DNA of 64,000 bases, from sequence record CP099787.1. One strand, given 5' to 3'. Shown here piece by piece: positions 19,241 through 29,578 of this stretch. Source of the DNA: a plasmid. The position numbers and the translations under genes are program-made. How positions within the stretch are numbered: position 1 is the stretch's first letter; each line of letters starts with the position of its first letter. Under the pieces are notes generated by a model. The model saw only the letters and a list, made by a program, of their open reading frames with translations, was not told the origin of the DNA and ran no database searches.

Positions 19241-19528
19241 TTACTCACTAAAAATACGAGAGCTAATGAAATTACTAAAGGAGCAAGTATTCCGATAATT
19301 TTCATTTCTTATCACCCTTTCTTCTATTAACTCATAGCCTGAAAATGTTCTAACAATGGGCTTAGGTAAATTGTCTCTTTTGATAAATAGAAAATCTTGT
19401 TGCAGTTTTTGAAATACTTGCCAAGTAGTTTTCGTATCCTCATTAAGGTAATTACCATCTTGATCTTCAGTAAAATCTAAGGTTGAAAAATATTGTTCAA
19501 ACAAGCCTTTATTAGTCATAGCCTTCAA
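19241..19528 (-). CDS. hypothetical protein
   Basis: ORF track. Confidence 0.35.
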   Translation of the reverse strand: MKAMTNKGLFEQYFSTLDFTEDQDGNYLNEDTKTTWQVFQKLQQDFLFIKRDNLPKPIVRTFSGYELIEERVIRNENYRNTCSFSNFISSRIFSE

Positions 19529-20121
19529 CTCCAGACCTCATTTATCTCGGTCATCAAGTTTGAATCTTCTAAACATTTAAAAAACGATGATTGCTGCGAC
19601 TCTGATAAAATCACTTCAGTAAGATGTGGTTTCTTATCTACAATTTTTGAATTGTAAATAGATGCATAGAACTTATTTTCTTCATTAGCTGAAAGTATAA
19701 AAACACTTTCATTTGAAGAATTAGGATCTAGAGAGCAACCGATCAAAGTTTTTGATTTAATGCAATTCATTTCATTAAAAAGGAAATGCTCAATAATATT
19801 TAAGTTATCTTCCAACACCTTGAAATTGTTTAGTTTTGTGCGGATAGACCAACTATTTGACCAAAGCTTTAAGATAACTGTGGAAAGAGCAAATATTGCT
19901 GTAAGAAAGTAATATCCTAACGTGGAGTTATCACTCGTTAATCCAGAATACCCAGCATATGCTGCTAAAATTACTAGTAAACAAAGTAGTATTAAATTTA
20001 CTTGCTTCTTCTTAGTCGCTTCGATATCCGAAAAAATCTTATTAAAGCCACCCTCTGAATAACGACTGAGGTAGAAATTTATAACTTTAGATTTGTTAAT
20101 AGTGTCTGTTTTTGAGCTCAT
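19525..20121 (-). CDS. membrane protein
   Basis: TM helices. Confidence 0.4.
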   Translation of the reverse strand: MSSKTDTINKSKVINFYLSRYSEGGFNKIFSDIEATKKKQVNLILLCLLVILAAYAGYSGLTSDNSTLGYYFLTAIFALSTVILKLWSNSWSIRTKLNNFKVLEDNLNIIEHFLFNEMNCIKSKTLIGCSLDPNSSNESVFILSANEENKFYASIYNSKIVDKKPHLTEVILSESQQSSFFKCLEDSNLMTEINEVWS

Positions 20122-20292
20122 CAGTTACCCTTTTAAATTCAATTCAAGGATTGTTTGTTTTTGCTGAAGTTTAAAATCAAATTGTAGTAGGACTGGCTAA
20201 TTCGGATTTTTTTATAGCCAAAGTCTATGTAATAAAAAACCCTATGGTTTTTTATCCGTTTCTTTGGAATACAATTAAATTTCAATATATGC

Positions 20293-20685
20293 TTAACAGT
20301 CATTTTCATGGTCCACCTCTGTGTTAAATAGCTTTAACTCAACGAACCAGTAATTAAACTTACCTTCTACACTAGCAATTATTTCTGCATATACTCCCTT
20401 TGAATTAACTAAAATTTTGACATCTTCTAAATCAATAGGACCTTTGAAGTTAAGAAGGCGTAAATGAATGAAGTTATGTAAATTGATTTCAGGTATACGA
20501 TATGTAGTGAAGAAACAGGATTCCAAGCTTTTCAGCTTCGCAATACTCTGATCTAAGTCCTGAACTATTTTTTCAGGCAAATTAAGAATGAGGGTTTCAA
20601 AGTCTAAGTGACTTTTAAAATTTAGGATATTATCTGGGAAAGCTAGAAATTGAATGGTTTCTACCATCTTGAACTCCTTAAGCAT
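20293..20685 (-). CDS. hypothetical protein
   Basis: UTR hairpin upstream. Confidence 0.4.
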   Translation of the reverse strand: MLKEFKMVETIQFLAFPDNILNFKSHLDFETLILNLPEKIVQDLDQSIAKLKSLESCFFTTYRIPEINLHNFIHLRLLNFKGPIDLEDVKILVNSKGVYAEIIASVEGKFNYWFVELKLFNTEVDHENDC

Positions 20686-20796
20686 TTCTGCTCATTAATT
20701 GCGTAGATTATACTACTAAAACATACTTAAAACAAACTGTTTATTATTTAGCTATACTAACAGACGGTTCTGTATATTTAAACAAAAAAAATAACT

Positions 20797-20812
20797 GTTG
20801 CGGATCCGCAAC
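20797..20812. repeat. 16-bp palindrome (20 bp with flanks CTGTTGCGGATCCGCAACAG)
   Basis: Intergenic. Confidence 0.9.
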
Positions 20813-20820
20813 AGCTACTT

Positions 20821-21201
20821 TTACTTATTATCTCCGTCAATAAATTCTTTAGCCAATTGTGTAAACTTTGCGCTTCTATTTGGAGAAACGGCATCAATTC
20901 CAGTAATAACACTCTTAGGTAAAGTTAAAGTAACTCTTTCTAATGTATCATCAAAGCAACTACTCGGAATTTCTAATAAAATCCCGCCACTTTTTAAACT
21001 TTTGTAAAGATCAAATACTGGTAATTTTTCTCCAGCATGGTGCAGAGCGACCACTTTTTCGATAATCCTGTTTTTCATTTGTTCAATACAATGTAGTAAA
21101 TTGCTTGATTTTTCTACAATATCAAACGCTTCGCAATTTAAATAATAAATATTGCCCTGTCTTAAAACTTTAACCGGAATGTAACGAGTTTCATCAACCA
21201 T
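20821..21201 (-). CDS. hypothetical protein
   Basis: ORF track. Confidence 0.35.
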   Translation of the reverse strand: MVDETRYIPVKVLRQGNIYYLNCEAFDIVEKSSNLLHCIEQMKNRIIEKVVALHHAGEKLPVFDLYKSLKSGGILLEIPSSCFDDTLERVTLTLPKSVITGIDAVSPNRSAKFTQLAKEFIDGDNK

Positions 21202-21246
21202 GATATTTCTAATCTAAATCATACGAGTAAATCATACCAAAAAAAA

Positions 21247-21771
21247 TTATTTAGTAGAAAGTTTTTCAAGACACTTTTTTGCCTCTTCTAATAGACGAGT
21301 ATCAATTTCTCTTTTATGTGTAAGCATTCTTCTGAGATTTTGAGGATTCGCGTTCAAGAGATCTGCATATATACTACTTGTAAGCTCTTCACCATTCTGA
21401 GCTTCATAAAGTTTTTTTGTTTTTTCATATATTTGCTTTAGATGGATAGCATTAATAAAGTCCTTTCTTTCTTGAACAACCCCTCTCTCAATATAATTCC
21501 AATCAAAATAATTTTTTTCAAAATCTTTATTTTTTGCTTTGGACTCAAGACGTTTAAGTCTATTTTGAATTTCGGGAACAGCTACTTGACTCAAAATAGT
21601 GAAGACCTGACTATTATGATAATCAGGGTCCTCCATCACGACTTTATTTAGAAAATCATCACCGATTTTCTGAAGCTCTGGATATTGGGGAGAATTTTTT
21701 GGTACACAAGTTTCGAGAAATACATCATATAACCCCTTAACTTGTCCGATTTGTATCGAATAACTGCTCAT
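21247..21771 (-). CDS. hypothetical protein
   Basis: ORF track. Confidence 0.35.
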   Translation of the reverse strand: MSSYSIQIGQVKGLYDVFLETCVPKNSPQYPELQKIGDDFLNKVVMEDPDYHNSQVFTILSQVAVPEIQNRLKRLESKAKNKDFEKNYFDWNYIERGVVQERKDFINAIHLKQIYEKTKKLYEAQNGEELTSSIYADLLNANPQNLRRMLTHKREIDTRLLEEAKKCLEKLSTK

Positions 21772-23002
21772 TTGGTTTTAAATTGTCCTCTAAAATTTCT
21801 GAATCTGTAGTTAATAATCCAAGTTTTGGAAGATCAGGCATCGCCATTTCAGCCTCCCATATCCAACCTTCATATTCACTAGCTTCAATCAAATTAACTA
21901 CACTTTCTTTATACGTGTGAGATTGTGCTGCCGGAATGATATACATTGCCGTAGGAACAGGCAAAGTATCAAGAGCCACTAAACTCGACAACGGTTTTTT
22001 TCTATCCAGATTGTAACGCAACCCTTTAATAAAAGGTCTATTTTCTCTGATCATTTCATTTATAAGATCATATTCATACATATTCTCATAAGGAATCCAC
22101 TGTTCATTTACAACAATTAAACTAACTTCTTCTAAATTAGCTACACCAGAAATTCCTCTAGTAAAAGTTGAGATAGTAATTAATTGAGAGTTTTCGTGAG
22201 CACCCCAAAGCTCTAAGTCCTCTTGGAACCGTTTAAATATTCTTTTATGTAGATCCTTATTCATAAAAAAATGGAAATCTGGACAATGCTTTATAACCAT
22301 TTTGAAATCGTATCTGGCTTCTGAAATTTCTTTAACTATTCCTATTAAAATCATGAGGTTTTGTGATGCTTTGCCCGTATTCATATGGGCCATTTTTTCA
22401 TTTCTTCTTGCTATTATTTCTTTTTTCTTCTGATCATTATATGTTTCAGGAATATAGAGATTATCGGTTAATGAAGCTCTTTTGGCGATTTTAGAATCAC
22501 TAGCATTAAGCAGTGCTTTTCTTACTGTATACCAATTTCTCTTCGGAATGTCTGGATTGAAATAATTTAACTTAGCTTCTTCAAAAAGATAATGAAGTAA
22601 TCCACGTAATGTAAGTTTTTTTCCATCAGTTCTTACCGAGTCACTATCTGCTCCAGAAGGGGCTGGCGGAGCTTTACCTGGCATTTTAGTTAAACTGAAA
22701 TCTAATTTTAAATTTGTAGTACCATCTTCAGGATTTTCTTGTATTGCCTGTCCTTGTACCTCTCCAAGCCCGGAAAGTTCTTCAGGAGGCTCAAAACTTA
22801 AACAGACTGGTGAATGTCTTCCACCTGTTTTAGGCATTCTTTTTAGAATATAACTTTCATTTATTTTTGCTATGTACATTTCAACACCATTATTAGTACA
22901 TAAACAAAGTGGACGTTTCCGCTTCTCATAGTATTGTTTTAATAATGATTGTAGTCCTTCAAAATCACTACTAATTACATCTTCACCAAATAATAGTTTC
23001 AT
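21737..23002 (-). CDS. large conserved hypothetical protein with an N-terminal CxC...C cysteine cluster
   Basis: 421 aa; PLCLCTNNG...SPVCLSF; common ICE/plasmid-type hypothetical. Confidence 0.45.
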   Translation of the reverse strand: MKLLFGEDVISSDFEGLQSLLKQYYEKRKRPLCLCTNNGVEMYIAKINESYILKRMPKTGGRHSPVCLSFEPPEELSGLGEVQGQAIQENPEDGTTNLKLDFSLTKMPGKAPPAPSGADSDSVRTDGKKLTLRGLLHYLFEEAKLNYFNPDIPKRNWYTVRKALLNASDSKIAKRASLTDNLYIPETYNDQKKKEIIARRNEKMAHMNTGKASQNLMILIGIVKEISEARYDFKMVIKHCPDFHFFMNKDLHKRIFKRFQEDLELWGAHENSQLITISTFTRGISGVANLEEVSLIVVNEQWIPYENMYEYDLINEMIRENRPFIKGLRYNLDRKKPLSSLVALDTLPVPTAMYIIPAAQSHTYKESVVNLIEASEYEGWIWEAEMAMPDLPKLGLLTTDSEILEDNLKPNEQLFDTNRTS

Positions 23003-23017
23003 ATTAGTAACTCCAAA

Positions 23018-23869
23018 TTATCTGTCTAGTTCTACGCCAACATCATGTTGTAAGCTTTGTTCTTGAGTAATATGAAAATCTTGTATTTCCTTTTCATTCA
23101 TTAATTGCGGTATATCCCCAGCATGATTAATAAATAACTCTCGTCCACGATAAAAGTTATTGTCTTTTTCGAGTTGATCCTTTAATTGATCTTTACTGTA
23201 TTTTATTCCAACCAAGTTATTGATTTTGAGTGTAAAATCCCTTTCAGACTCATCCGTCACGATACCATGTACTACATCTCTAAATGAACCAGGATCTTTA
23301 ATAATCTTTGGTGGGTCTAAATTTATTTCTAAGTTCTTTTCTGATTTCCCGTTTATATTTTTATTTTGGTTTTCACGTGGATTAATTGTTAGATGAGCAT
23401 TTTCAATTTCTTTTAATTGTTGTTGCGTCAGCAAATTATAATCAGCCTCCGTTTTAGATAAAGTTTTATTCGTTTCTTGATTATAGATATTTAAACCAGC
23501 TTTTTTTTGGTTCCATACCCCTTCATCATTACGCATGTTTGAGTAAATTTCTTTACCAACACGATCATAAACTTTAAAACTATCCACAACTTTTGAATTT
23601 TCTAATTCTTCTATTGCTCTTAAAGTTTCAGGATGTGTATTTTTATCTAAAGAGTTTTCATTAGGGGGGAATGAAGATACTGCTCTGATTTCAATCGTAT
23701 AATTTTTACTCTTAAGCGATTCAGTAATATCATTTAAAACATTTTCATTTTTAAATTCATGATTTAAAAGCAAATTATATTTTTCATTACTAATAGTAGA
23801 AATCAATTGATGAATTGAATGGTCTTTATCTTGTTGCGGATCCGCAACTTTAAAAAATTGATTGGTCAA
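23018..23869 (-). CDS. hypothetical protein; its 5' end overlaps the next ORF exactly at the 16-bp palindrome (possibly one gene with 23850-24101)
   Basis: Overlap 23850-23869; palindrome 23833-23848 encodes VADPQQ. Confidence 0.4.
   Translation of the reverse strand: MTNQFFKVADPQQDKDHSIHQLISTISNEKYNLLLNHEFKNENVLNDITESLKSKNYTIEIRAVSSFPPNENSLDKNTHPETLRAIEELENSKVVDSFKVYDRVGKEIYSNMRNDEGVWNQKKAGLNIYNQETNKTLSKTEADYNLLTQQQLKEIENAHLTINPRENQNKNINGKSEKNLEINLDPPKIIKDPGSFRDVVHGIVTDESERDFTLKINNLVGIKYSKDQLKDQLEKDNNFYRGRELFINHAGDIPQLMNEKEIQDFHITQEQSLQHDVGVELDR
23833..23848. repeat. 16-bp palindrome inside coding sequence
   Basis: Seen directly. Confidence 0.9.
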
Positions 23870-24101
23870 TTAAAATTGAACCACCTTTTTTATTTAATTC
23901 ATCTTGTGCTTGTGCAACGATTACGTCTTTACCTGAATCATGAGTACCCACAGTTAATATAGCTGTTGGAGTTTCTTGACTAACAGCTAAAGCTTTAGAA
24001 AAACTAAAATACTTATCTACAAATTGAGTAAATTGTTGATTAATGCTTTCTTCCGAATTCAAACTAGAATTTAGAGAATTTTCAAAATTATTTGTTACCA
24101 T
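23850..24101 (-). CDS. hypothetical protein
   Basis: ORF track. Confidence 0.3.
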   Translation of the reverse strand: MVTNNFENSLNSSLNSEESINQQFTQFVDKYFSFSKALAVSQETPTAILTVGTHDSGKDVIVAQAQDELNKKGGSILIDQSIF

Positions 24102-24327
24102 TATTGAGTTCCTTATTTAGATTTATAAGTTCATTTTTAAAAGAAATTAGACTAGAAAAGTCCATCTTATATAGGACACCGTTATTTAATATCCTTACTG
24201 ACATAGATATCAATTTTTGATGCTCAATAGAGGCATCTTCAATAGAATTTTGTAGAAGTAAAAATATTAAATATTTGATATCTTTAAGATATTTATTTCT
24301 CTCGTTAAAAAAATAAAGATTTTCCAT
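24088..24327 (-). CDS. hypothetical protein
   Basis: ORF track. Confidence 0.3.
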   Translation of the reverse strand: MENLYFFNERNKYLKDIKYLIFLLLQNSIEDASIEHQKLISMSVRILNNGVLYKMDFSSLISFKNELINLNKELNNGNK

Positions 24328-24339
24328 CTATAGTTCACC

Positions 24340-24395
24340 GTAAAACATCGTAAGCAATGAACATACTATACTAAAAAAAATCAATCAAAGTGCTG
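24340..24395 (-). promoter_or_regulatory. Conserved box TTGCAGCACTTTGAT plus TAGTATAGT (-10-like); copy 1 of 3
   Basis: Same motif at 25790-25830 and 52618-52662. Confidence 0.45.
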
Positions 24396-24398
24396 CAA

Positions 24399-25592
24399 TT
24401 ATTGAATTGGAACTTTTAATTTGAATTTGATGGTAATTTTTAATTCTTCAGATTCATTAAAATCATAAATGTGCTCATCTAAAATAATAACGATTAAAGA
24501 AGCAATGAAGCAGGCTAATATCTGATTTTGGGCATTGTCACATAACTTTTTTAATTCTGATAAATGCATTATTGCAGCTTGTACTTTTATGCCTTGAAGC
24601 CAACGGAGAACGCTTCTGTACGATACTTGAAGTAATTCTGATATATAGGTTTTAGTTTTACCAGAACGCAATAAACGCGCAGCCGTGCGCCTCATTTCAA
24701 CATATTTATCGGATTTTGCACGTCCACCTTTCTTTGCTTTAATATGTTGCCTTTCACAAAACTCTTGAAAGCAGTAGCTATCTTTTTTCCAACAATATTT
24801 TGCGATTGATTTTGCTGTAGCACAAACTTCTGAATATGGTAGCGGAACGCTAAAATTCTTATTTGCATTTATTAATAAGCTTTTTACATGATCAAACCAC
24901 TCAACAAATGTTTTACTTCTATAACTTCTAATGTCGATATATGCTTGATGCCGTATTTCGTTAAATAGATGATCATTACGGCCGTTAATTACAAATTTCT
25001 CTATACCGGGTTTTTCTGAATTTATATTTCTGTATTCATGTGGCTTAAGTTCTAAATGTTCAACAAGTTCATGCAATGAATACTTTTCTAATCGTGGTAC
25101 TTCTACAATCCATTTTTCATGTGCAGGATTCTTTGCTATTAGTCCCACGTACTTGCTGTCACCTTTTAATACTTCAGTGAGCTTTTTAGAAACTGAATTA
25201 TAAAATTCTTGAGCTCTCTTGCTGGAACTTTCAGTAAAACTTACTGGAGCTTCAAGTTCATAGTAAAAATGGCAATGAGTATTTTCTGGATTAACTACAA
25301 TTAAATTTGGTACTGGAATATTGTCATCAAAATCATACCGCCAAGCTGTTGCTGCGCCTGGATAATCAGCATCAATAACTATATATCTTTTAAAATTCGG
25401 ATGATTAATTTGTATATGTGAGTGACGTATAGCTTGTTTCTTGTCACGAATCTTTAATCCGAAGAAGTCACTGGTACAGTAAGGTTTTTTTGGTAGGTTT
25501 TCATATAATCTATTGATTATAAAGTCTTTTTTAGAATTTAAATTAACAGAGTTTACAGTCATAAGTATGCCCATTGTACAATTTGGACACAC
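24399..25592 (-). CDS. rep: plasmid replication initiator (replicase/primase-type Rep with C-terminal HTH)
   Basis: YIVIDADYP ... HFYYELEAP-type replicase block; basic helix-turn-helix C-terminus. Confidence 0.6.
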   Translation of the reverse strand: MCPNCTMGILMTVNSVNLNSKKDFIINRLYENLPKKPYCTSDFFGLKIRDKKQAIRHSHIQINHPNFKRYIVIDADYPGAATAWRYDFDDNIPVPNLIVVNPENTHCHFYYELEAPVSFTESSSKRAQEFYNSVSKKLTEVLKGDSKYVGLIAKNPAHEKWIVEVPRLEKYSLHELVEHLELKPHEYRNINSEKPGIEKFVINGRNDHLFNEIRHQAYIDIRSYRSKTFVEWFDHVKSLLINANKNFSVPLPYSEVCATAKSIAKYCWKKDSYCFQEFCERQHIKAKKGGRAKSDKYVEMRRTAARLLRSGKTKTYISELLQVSYRSVLRWLQGIKVQAAIMHLSELKKLCDNAQNQILACFIASLIVIILDEHIYDFNESEELKITIKFKLKVPIQ

Positions 25593-25632
25593 TTTTCTTG
25601 GTTATTATAATGATCTTTCGCATATAAAAGGG

Positions 25633-25664
25633 TTGCAAAAGATATGAAGTAGATGTACTATGAA
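25633..25664 (+). promoter_or_regulatory. Candidate countertranscript promoter (-35 TTGCAA, 17-bp spacer, -10 TACTAT)
   Basis: Plus strand, inside the rep leader. Confidence 0.4.
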
Positions 25665-25667
25665 TCT

Positions 25668-25766
25668 ACGTTATACAAATAACCGTTGTTAAGTATGCCC
25701 TGCGAAGGATCTTGACAACAACCAGAGAGACTGAACGTTGGCGCGTTCAGTCTTTCGTCTTTTTAA
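25668..25766 (+). ncRNA. Candidate ~100-nt antisense copy-control RNA ending in an intrinsic terminator
   Basis: Promoter plus the 25728-25766 hairpin and T-run, opposite the rep 5' leader. Confidence 0.35.
25728..25766 (+). terminator. Rho-independent terminator (10-bp stem AGACTGAACG/CGTTCAGTCT followed by a T-run)
   Basis: Seen in sequence. Confidence 0.55.
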
Positions 25767-25789
25767 GCATAGCATTTTTCTAATCAAAA

Positions 25790-25830
25790 AAAATCATCAA
25801 AGTGCTACAACTTTTCGTATTTTATAGCAC
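25790..25830 (-). promoter_or_regulatory. rep promoter region with the TTGTAGCACTTTGAT box; copy 2 of 3
   Basis: Motif similarity. Confidence 0.4.
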
Positions 25831-26065
25831 AAAATATTTTAGTTATCCACAATTTGTATAAATTTATTTTTTATCACAAATTACATTTTTCAACTCTAGC
25901 CTTAGTAACCTTATTCTAGTGCATCACTCTGCGTATTCATCTTTAAATAAATCATTCACTAAAAATGTTGAATTTTTAAACTTAACTTTTTTTTTGTATA
26001 TGGTTATCATATGATCTAAACATACACTTGATTTAAAAAATCCCACTCATTACAAGGAAACCATT

Positions 26066-26299
26066 ATGAAAAAAATCTTTTTATCTTTAACTTTGGGTTT
26101 AACACTTGCTGCTTCAAATGCTGCTTTTGCTCAAAAAAAAGGAGGCGAATGTTATTCCCGTGATAACTCAACATATATGTGCCCTGCCATTAGCCAAAAA
26201 GATCGTTTAACTATCCAACAAATTTATGATTTGGGATGGAAAGTAGTAGGTTACTTTGGAACACAAACAGGTAGATCAATTATCATCGAGCAACAATAA
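26066..26299 (+). CDS. small secreted protein
   Basis: Signal peptide; two Cys. Confidence 0.45.
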   Translation: MKKIFLSLTLGLTLAASNAAFAQKKGGECYSRDNSTYMCPAISQKDRLTIQQIYDLGWKVVGYFGTQTGRSIIIEQQ

Positions 26300-26318
26300 T
26301 TTGATAATTGTTTAGACT

Positions 26319-26618
26319 TTGCCAACACGGTACTTCATGTATGTGTTGTACCTATTGGAGAATAAAATGATTGAAAATAAGTTTATGAAATTTTTGTTAT
26401 TTCTTTTATTTGCAATTATGGGCTCCACACTTAGCTACATGATTAACAATATAATTCCTTTAATTATTTTACTTGTTATTTATGGATTAATTGTTAAGGA
26501 TCCAGCTTTAAGAGCTCATAAATTTCTAGAAAGAGAAGTGTATTTTGTTCCGTGCGATCCTAGTACATCATACAAATATGCTCCTTTTGCGCCTCCATTT
26601 TTTACTTCAAGCAAATAA
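26319..26618 (+). CDS. small membrane protein; start likely about 26367
   Basis: SD GGAG plus ATG (MIENK). Confidence 0.4.
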   Translation: MPTRYFMYVLYLLENKMIENKFMKFLLFLLFAIMGSTLSYMINNIIPLIILLVIYGLIVKDPALRAHKFLEREVYFVPCDPSTSYKYAPFAPPFFTSSK

Positions 26619-26659
26619 CCAAAACACATTTTTGAGCCTCTCGGCTTCAGGAGTCAATA

Positions 26660-27325
26660 ATGCAAATCTCAGATAGAGTTGAAAGTTATATCCGTGAAGT
26701 TGTTCATCTAAATGCTACCTCTTCTTATACATTATTGTCCTATATTGAAGGACCAATAAAGAATGAGTTCTTTTATCAAATTGATGACACTTACCAAAGA
26801 CTTTATTTTGAAGAATTACGGAAGCCCAGTGCATTAAGATTTATCCCGGGCGCAATGGAATTACTTTCAAATGATAATATTCCGTCAACCATAAAAGAAC
26901 TTTTTGTGATCGCTGCAAGACAAAGAAAGAATTTTTATTTTTGGAAGCGGCCAATTAATGCAATAACAGACTTTCTTAAATCCATAGATCCGAATCAATT
27001 GAAAGATTTATCTAAAATCAAATCATTGATATCAGAACATAACCTTAAAGCGCAAAAAAATAGCTCCATAATTCAGTTAAAATCTCTAAATGACAGATTT
27101 ATAAGCGATTTAATACATTGCTACTTTGAATTGATGAAGTATAAGTCTGATACTATTCGAGTTATTACTATTTTCAAAACAATACAGAAAGATACTGAAG
27201 TATTTCTTGATCGAGTTGAGTATTTTCTGGAAAACATTGAAAACCAAGAAATTAATGAATATTGGAATAATATCCGTATAACGTTCGATGATTTTTTACA
27301 AATTAAATATGACTTCAAACAATAA
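26660..27325 (+). CDS. hypothetical protein
   Basis: UTR hairpin GAGCCUCUCGGCUUCAGGAG upstream. Confidence 0.45.
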   Translation: MQISDRVESYIREVVHLNATSSYTLLSYIEGPIKNEFFYQIDDTYQRLYFEELRKPSALRFIPGAMELLSNDNIPSTIKELFVIAARQRKNFYFWKRPINAITDFLKSIDPNQLKDLSKIKSLISEHNLKAQKNSSIIQLKSLNDRFISDLIHCYFELMKYKSDTIRVITIFKTIQKDTEVFLDRVEYFLENIENQEINEYWNNIRITFDDFLQIKYDFKQ

Positions 27326-27362
27326 CCTCTAAACACGGTCCTTCATTTTTTCGGGTTAATAA

Positions 27363-27866
27363 ATGATTAATTTGCTTGAGCTCCTTTATCTAGGAGATTT
27401 TTATTCCCTTGTGTTTATATTTTTCTTGATGTTAATGCTAGCTAGTTTAATTTTCTTTGCATTAAAAAAACGTCCAATTTTCTATAATTCATTCAGCTTA
27501 TCATTCTTTCTTACTTTAATTGCTTGGTTGAGCATAAATGCAGCACCACTACCCTTTGCATTACAGGAAAATATTAAAACTCTTTTAATTCAACAAGCAA
27601 AAGCCGGTGTTGGGTCTAACGGTCTTGTAAATCGTATTCTAGTGCCATGTATGTATCCAAATAAAGGTTATATTAGAGGGTTTGATTATCACTATGCTTT
27701 AGATTCTTATAAAACTGACATGCAAAAACATCTTGATAAAACTGAAGCTTTTAAAGTTCAACCTAAGAGTGTCTTAAACATCGATACTAGTTTAGAGCTG
27801 TGTAAATTTATTGAAGAATTTAATGTAATAAAAGTTAAAGAAATCACAGAAAATGAACCTAGATAA
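27363..27866 (+). CDS. membrane-anchored hypothetical protein
   Basis: N-terminal TM helices. Confidence 0.4.
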   Translation: MINLLELLYLGDFYSLVFIFFLMLMLASLIFFALKKRPIFYNSFSLSFFLTLIAWLSINAAPLPFALQENIKTLLIQQAKAGVGSNGLVNRILVPCMYPNKGYIRGFDYHYALDSYKTDMQKHLDKTEAFKVQPKSVLNIDTSLELCKFIEEFNVIKVKEITENEPR

Positions 27867-27944
27867 AAGTTGCAAAATATTCCATGGCCATTCTCCTTCA
27901 GCAGCTCCTGGATAAAAGTAATTAAATGTCATAACCTTTTGTTT

Positions 27945-27982
27945 TATAAAAAAATGCCAAGAATAGTTATTAAAACTCTCTT
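27945..27982. terminator. Bidirectional terminator hairpin TGCCAAGA...TCTTGGCA flanked by A and T runs
   Basis: Lies between convergent genes. Confidence 0.5.
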
Positions 27983-28027
27983 GGCATTTTATTACAAAAA
28001 TATAAGAAGTTTAGCTTTAGATTTTTT

Positions 28028-29053
28028 CTAAGACTTATAAAAATCACTTTTGCATTTACTGGTCGACCTAATATTATCTGCCCAATTTATTAATTCGTTA
28101 TTCGATCTTGGTTTTGGCAATGTCTGAGCAATATTCAACCAACAACTTGTTGAATGCCCTTCATCGTCTTTTGTATTTTTTGCTCTTAATTTACTCCAAT
28201 TATTAACAGCTTGGTCTGCAATGCTAGGATGATTTACATACAGATAACCCGCCATATAAAGATCCGCAAAAACTTCTTTCCACAATGTAGAGGCGCTACC
28301 AAGCTCTTGGTAACTCATTAGATCTTTTACGTGGGATCTAAATTTTGGTGCTATAGCGTTTGTACCTAAAATTGTTGTCTTATCTGAATTTGCTGCATTT
28401 ATATTGAATGTTAAATAATCTCTCTTAATATCAATACAATGTGCAAACTCATGCATCATTATTGCCATCTTTGGAATATCAAGTCTTTCCTTTGCAAGCT
28501 TATCTTTTGATATATTTTTTATCATTTCTTGCTTCATATCTTGGCTCGAAACATCAGAATAATTTAATGCACAATATCCGTTCATTAAATACATTGATGC
28601 GCCTGATGCATCTGGTACAACTACTAATCTTGTTAGAGCCCAACTTGTCCTTGTATTTCCAAGTTTAATATATACATCATTTTCATGACCAAGCTTTTGA
28701 ATAATTCCGAATTCTTTACTCTTAGCATCTTGTTCATTTGTTTTTGTAAACTTTTGCTGATCTCTAATTGAGTACAAATGAAGAAATGTTCCTGAAGTGC
28801 CTACAATAACTAAAAAAATCAATGATAGAGCACCATATACAAGTTTTATATCCCATCCTTTCAATACTTCTGAAAAATTTTTCCAAATAAAATACAATAT
28901 ATAAGCTACTGATATTATGGCTATACAAACATTTAACCCCAAAAAATTATTATTAGGTTGTATATAAAAATTCAGAATGACAATAAATATTGATGATATT
29001 ACTAATCCAATTTGTGCTAGAAATAGCAGGATCATATGCGAAATTGACTTCAT
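28028..29053 (-). CDS. membrane-anchored HExxH zinc-metallopeptidase-like protein, paralogue 1
   Basis: HEFAHC motif; NGYCALN and DDEGHSTSCW blocks shared with 31336-32328; 3 N-terminal TM helices. Confidence 0.55.
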   Translation of the reverse strand: MKSISHMILLFLAQIGLVISSIFIVILNFYIQPNNNFLGLNVCIAIISVAYILYFIWKNFSEVLKGWDIKLVYGALSLIFLVIVGTSGTFLHLYSIRDQQKFTKTNEQDAKSKEFGIIQKLGHENDVYIKLGNTRTSWALTRLVVVPDASGASMYLMNGYCALNYSDVSSQDMKQEMIKNISKDKLAKERLDIPKMAIMMHEFAHCIDIKRDYLTFNINAANSDKTTILGTNAIAPKFRSHVKDLMSYQELGSASTLWKEVFADLYMAGYLYVNHPSIADQAVNNWSKLRAKNTKDDEGHSTSCWLNIAQTLPKPRSNNELINWADNIRSTSKCKSDFYKS

Positions 29054-29325
29054 TGTTGTTTGAACCGTATATCTTGTGTATGTTTAGGAGAGATGATACT
29101 AAAATCACAATATATTGTGCTTATAAGGTAAAAAATCAACTTATATTTTTAAATTCCTGTATTTTCACCGCGCCTTTACTTCATAGATTCGCGTATATGA
29201 GCATTTTAATTGATCTGTATGAACATAGGTCTTAATCTTAAGTTAGGGCTTAAACAGTAAATGAACGCAATCTAGAGGGTATTTTTTATATTAGTTTGCT
29301 GAACTCCTAAAAAAAGAGGTTCCTA

Positions 29326-29553
29326 GTGAAGAAAAATCTTTTAAATATGCCACTTGATTTACAAATGAAAAGGGCTAATGAAGCTGGTCTAACTTTAGAT
29401 CAATGGCAACAATCTATAAATGAAAAATTAGCAAATATGCATCAATGTGTTATTAAATCTATGGTTCCAACTGGTAAGTTTTGCTTCATCAAATTATCCG
29501 ATTCTGAGCGATTCCAAAGGAAAATGGACTCGGCTATATTCGTAATAAAGTAA
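29326..29553 (+). CDS. small hypothetical protein
   Basis: ORF track. Confidence 0.3.
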   Translation: MKKNLLNMPLDLQMKRANEAGLTLDQWQQSINEKLANMHQCVIKSMVPTGKFCFIKLSDSERFQRKMDSAIFVIK

Positions 29554-29578
29554 ACCATCGTAGCTAATTGGAAAAAGT

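Noticed and set aside
25712-25717. TTGACA hexamer as a plus-strand -35
   Set aside because: There is no -10 at 16-19 bp; the TTGCAA/TACTAT pair at 25633-25661 is a better promoter.
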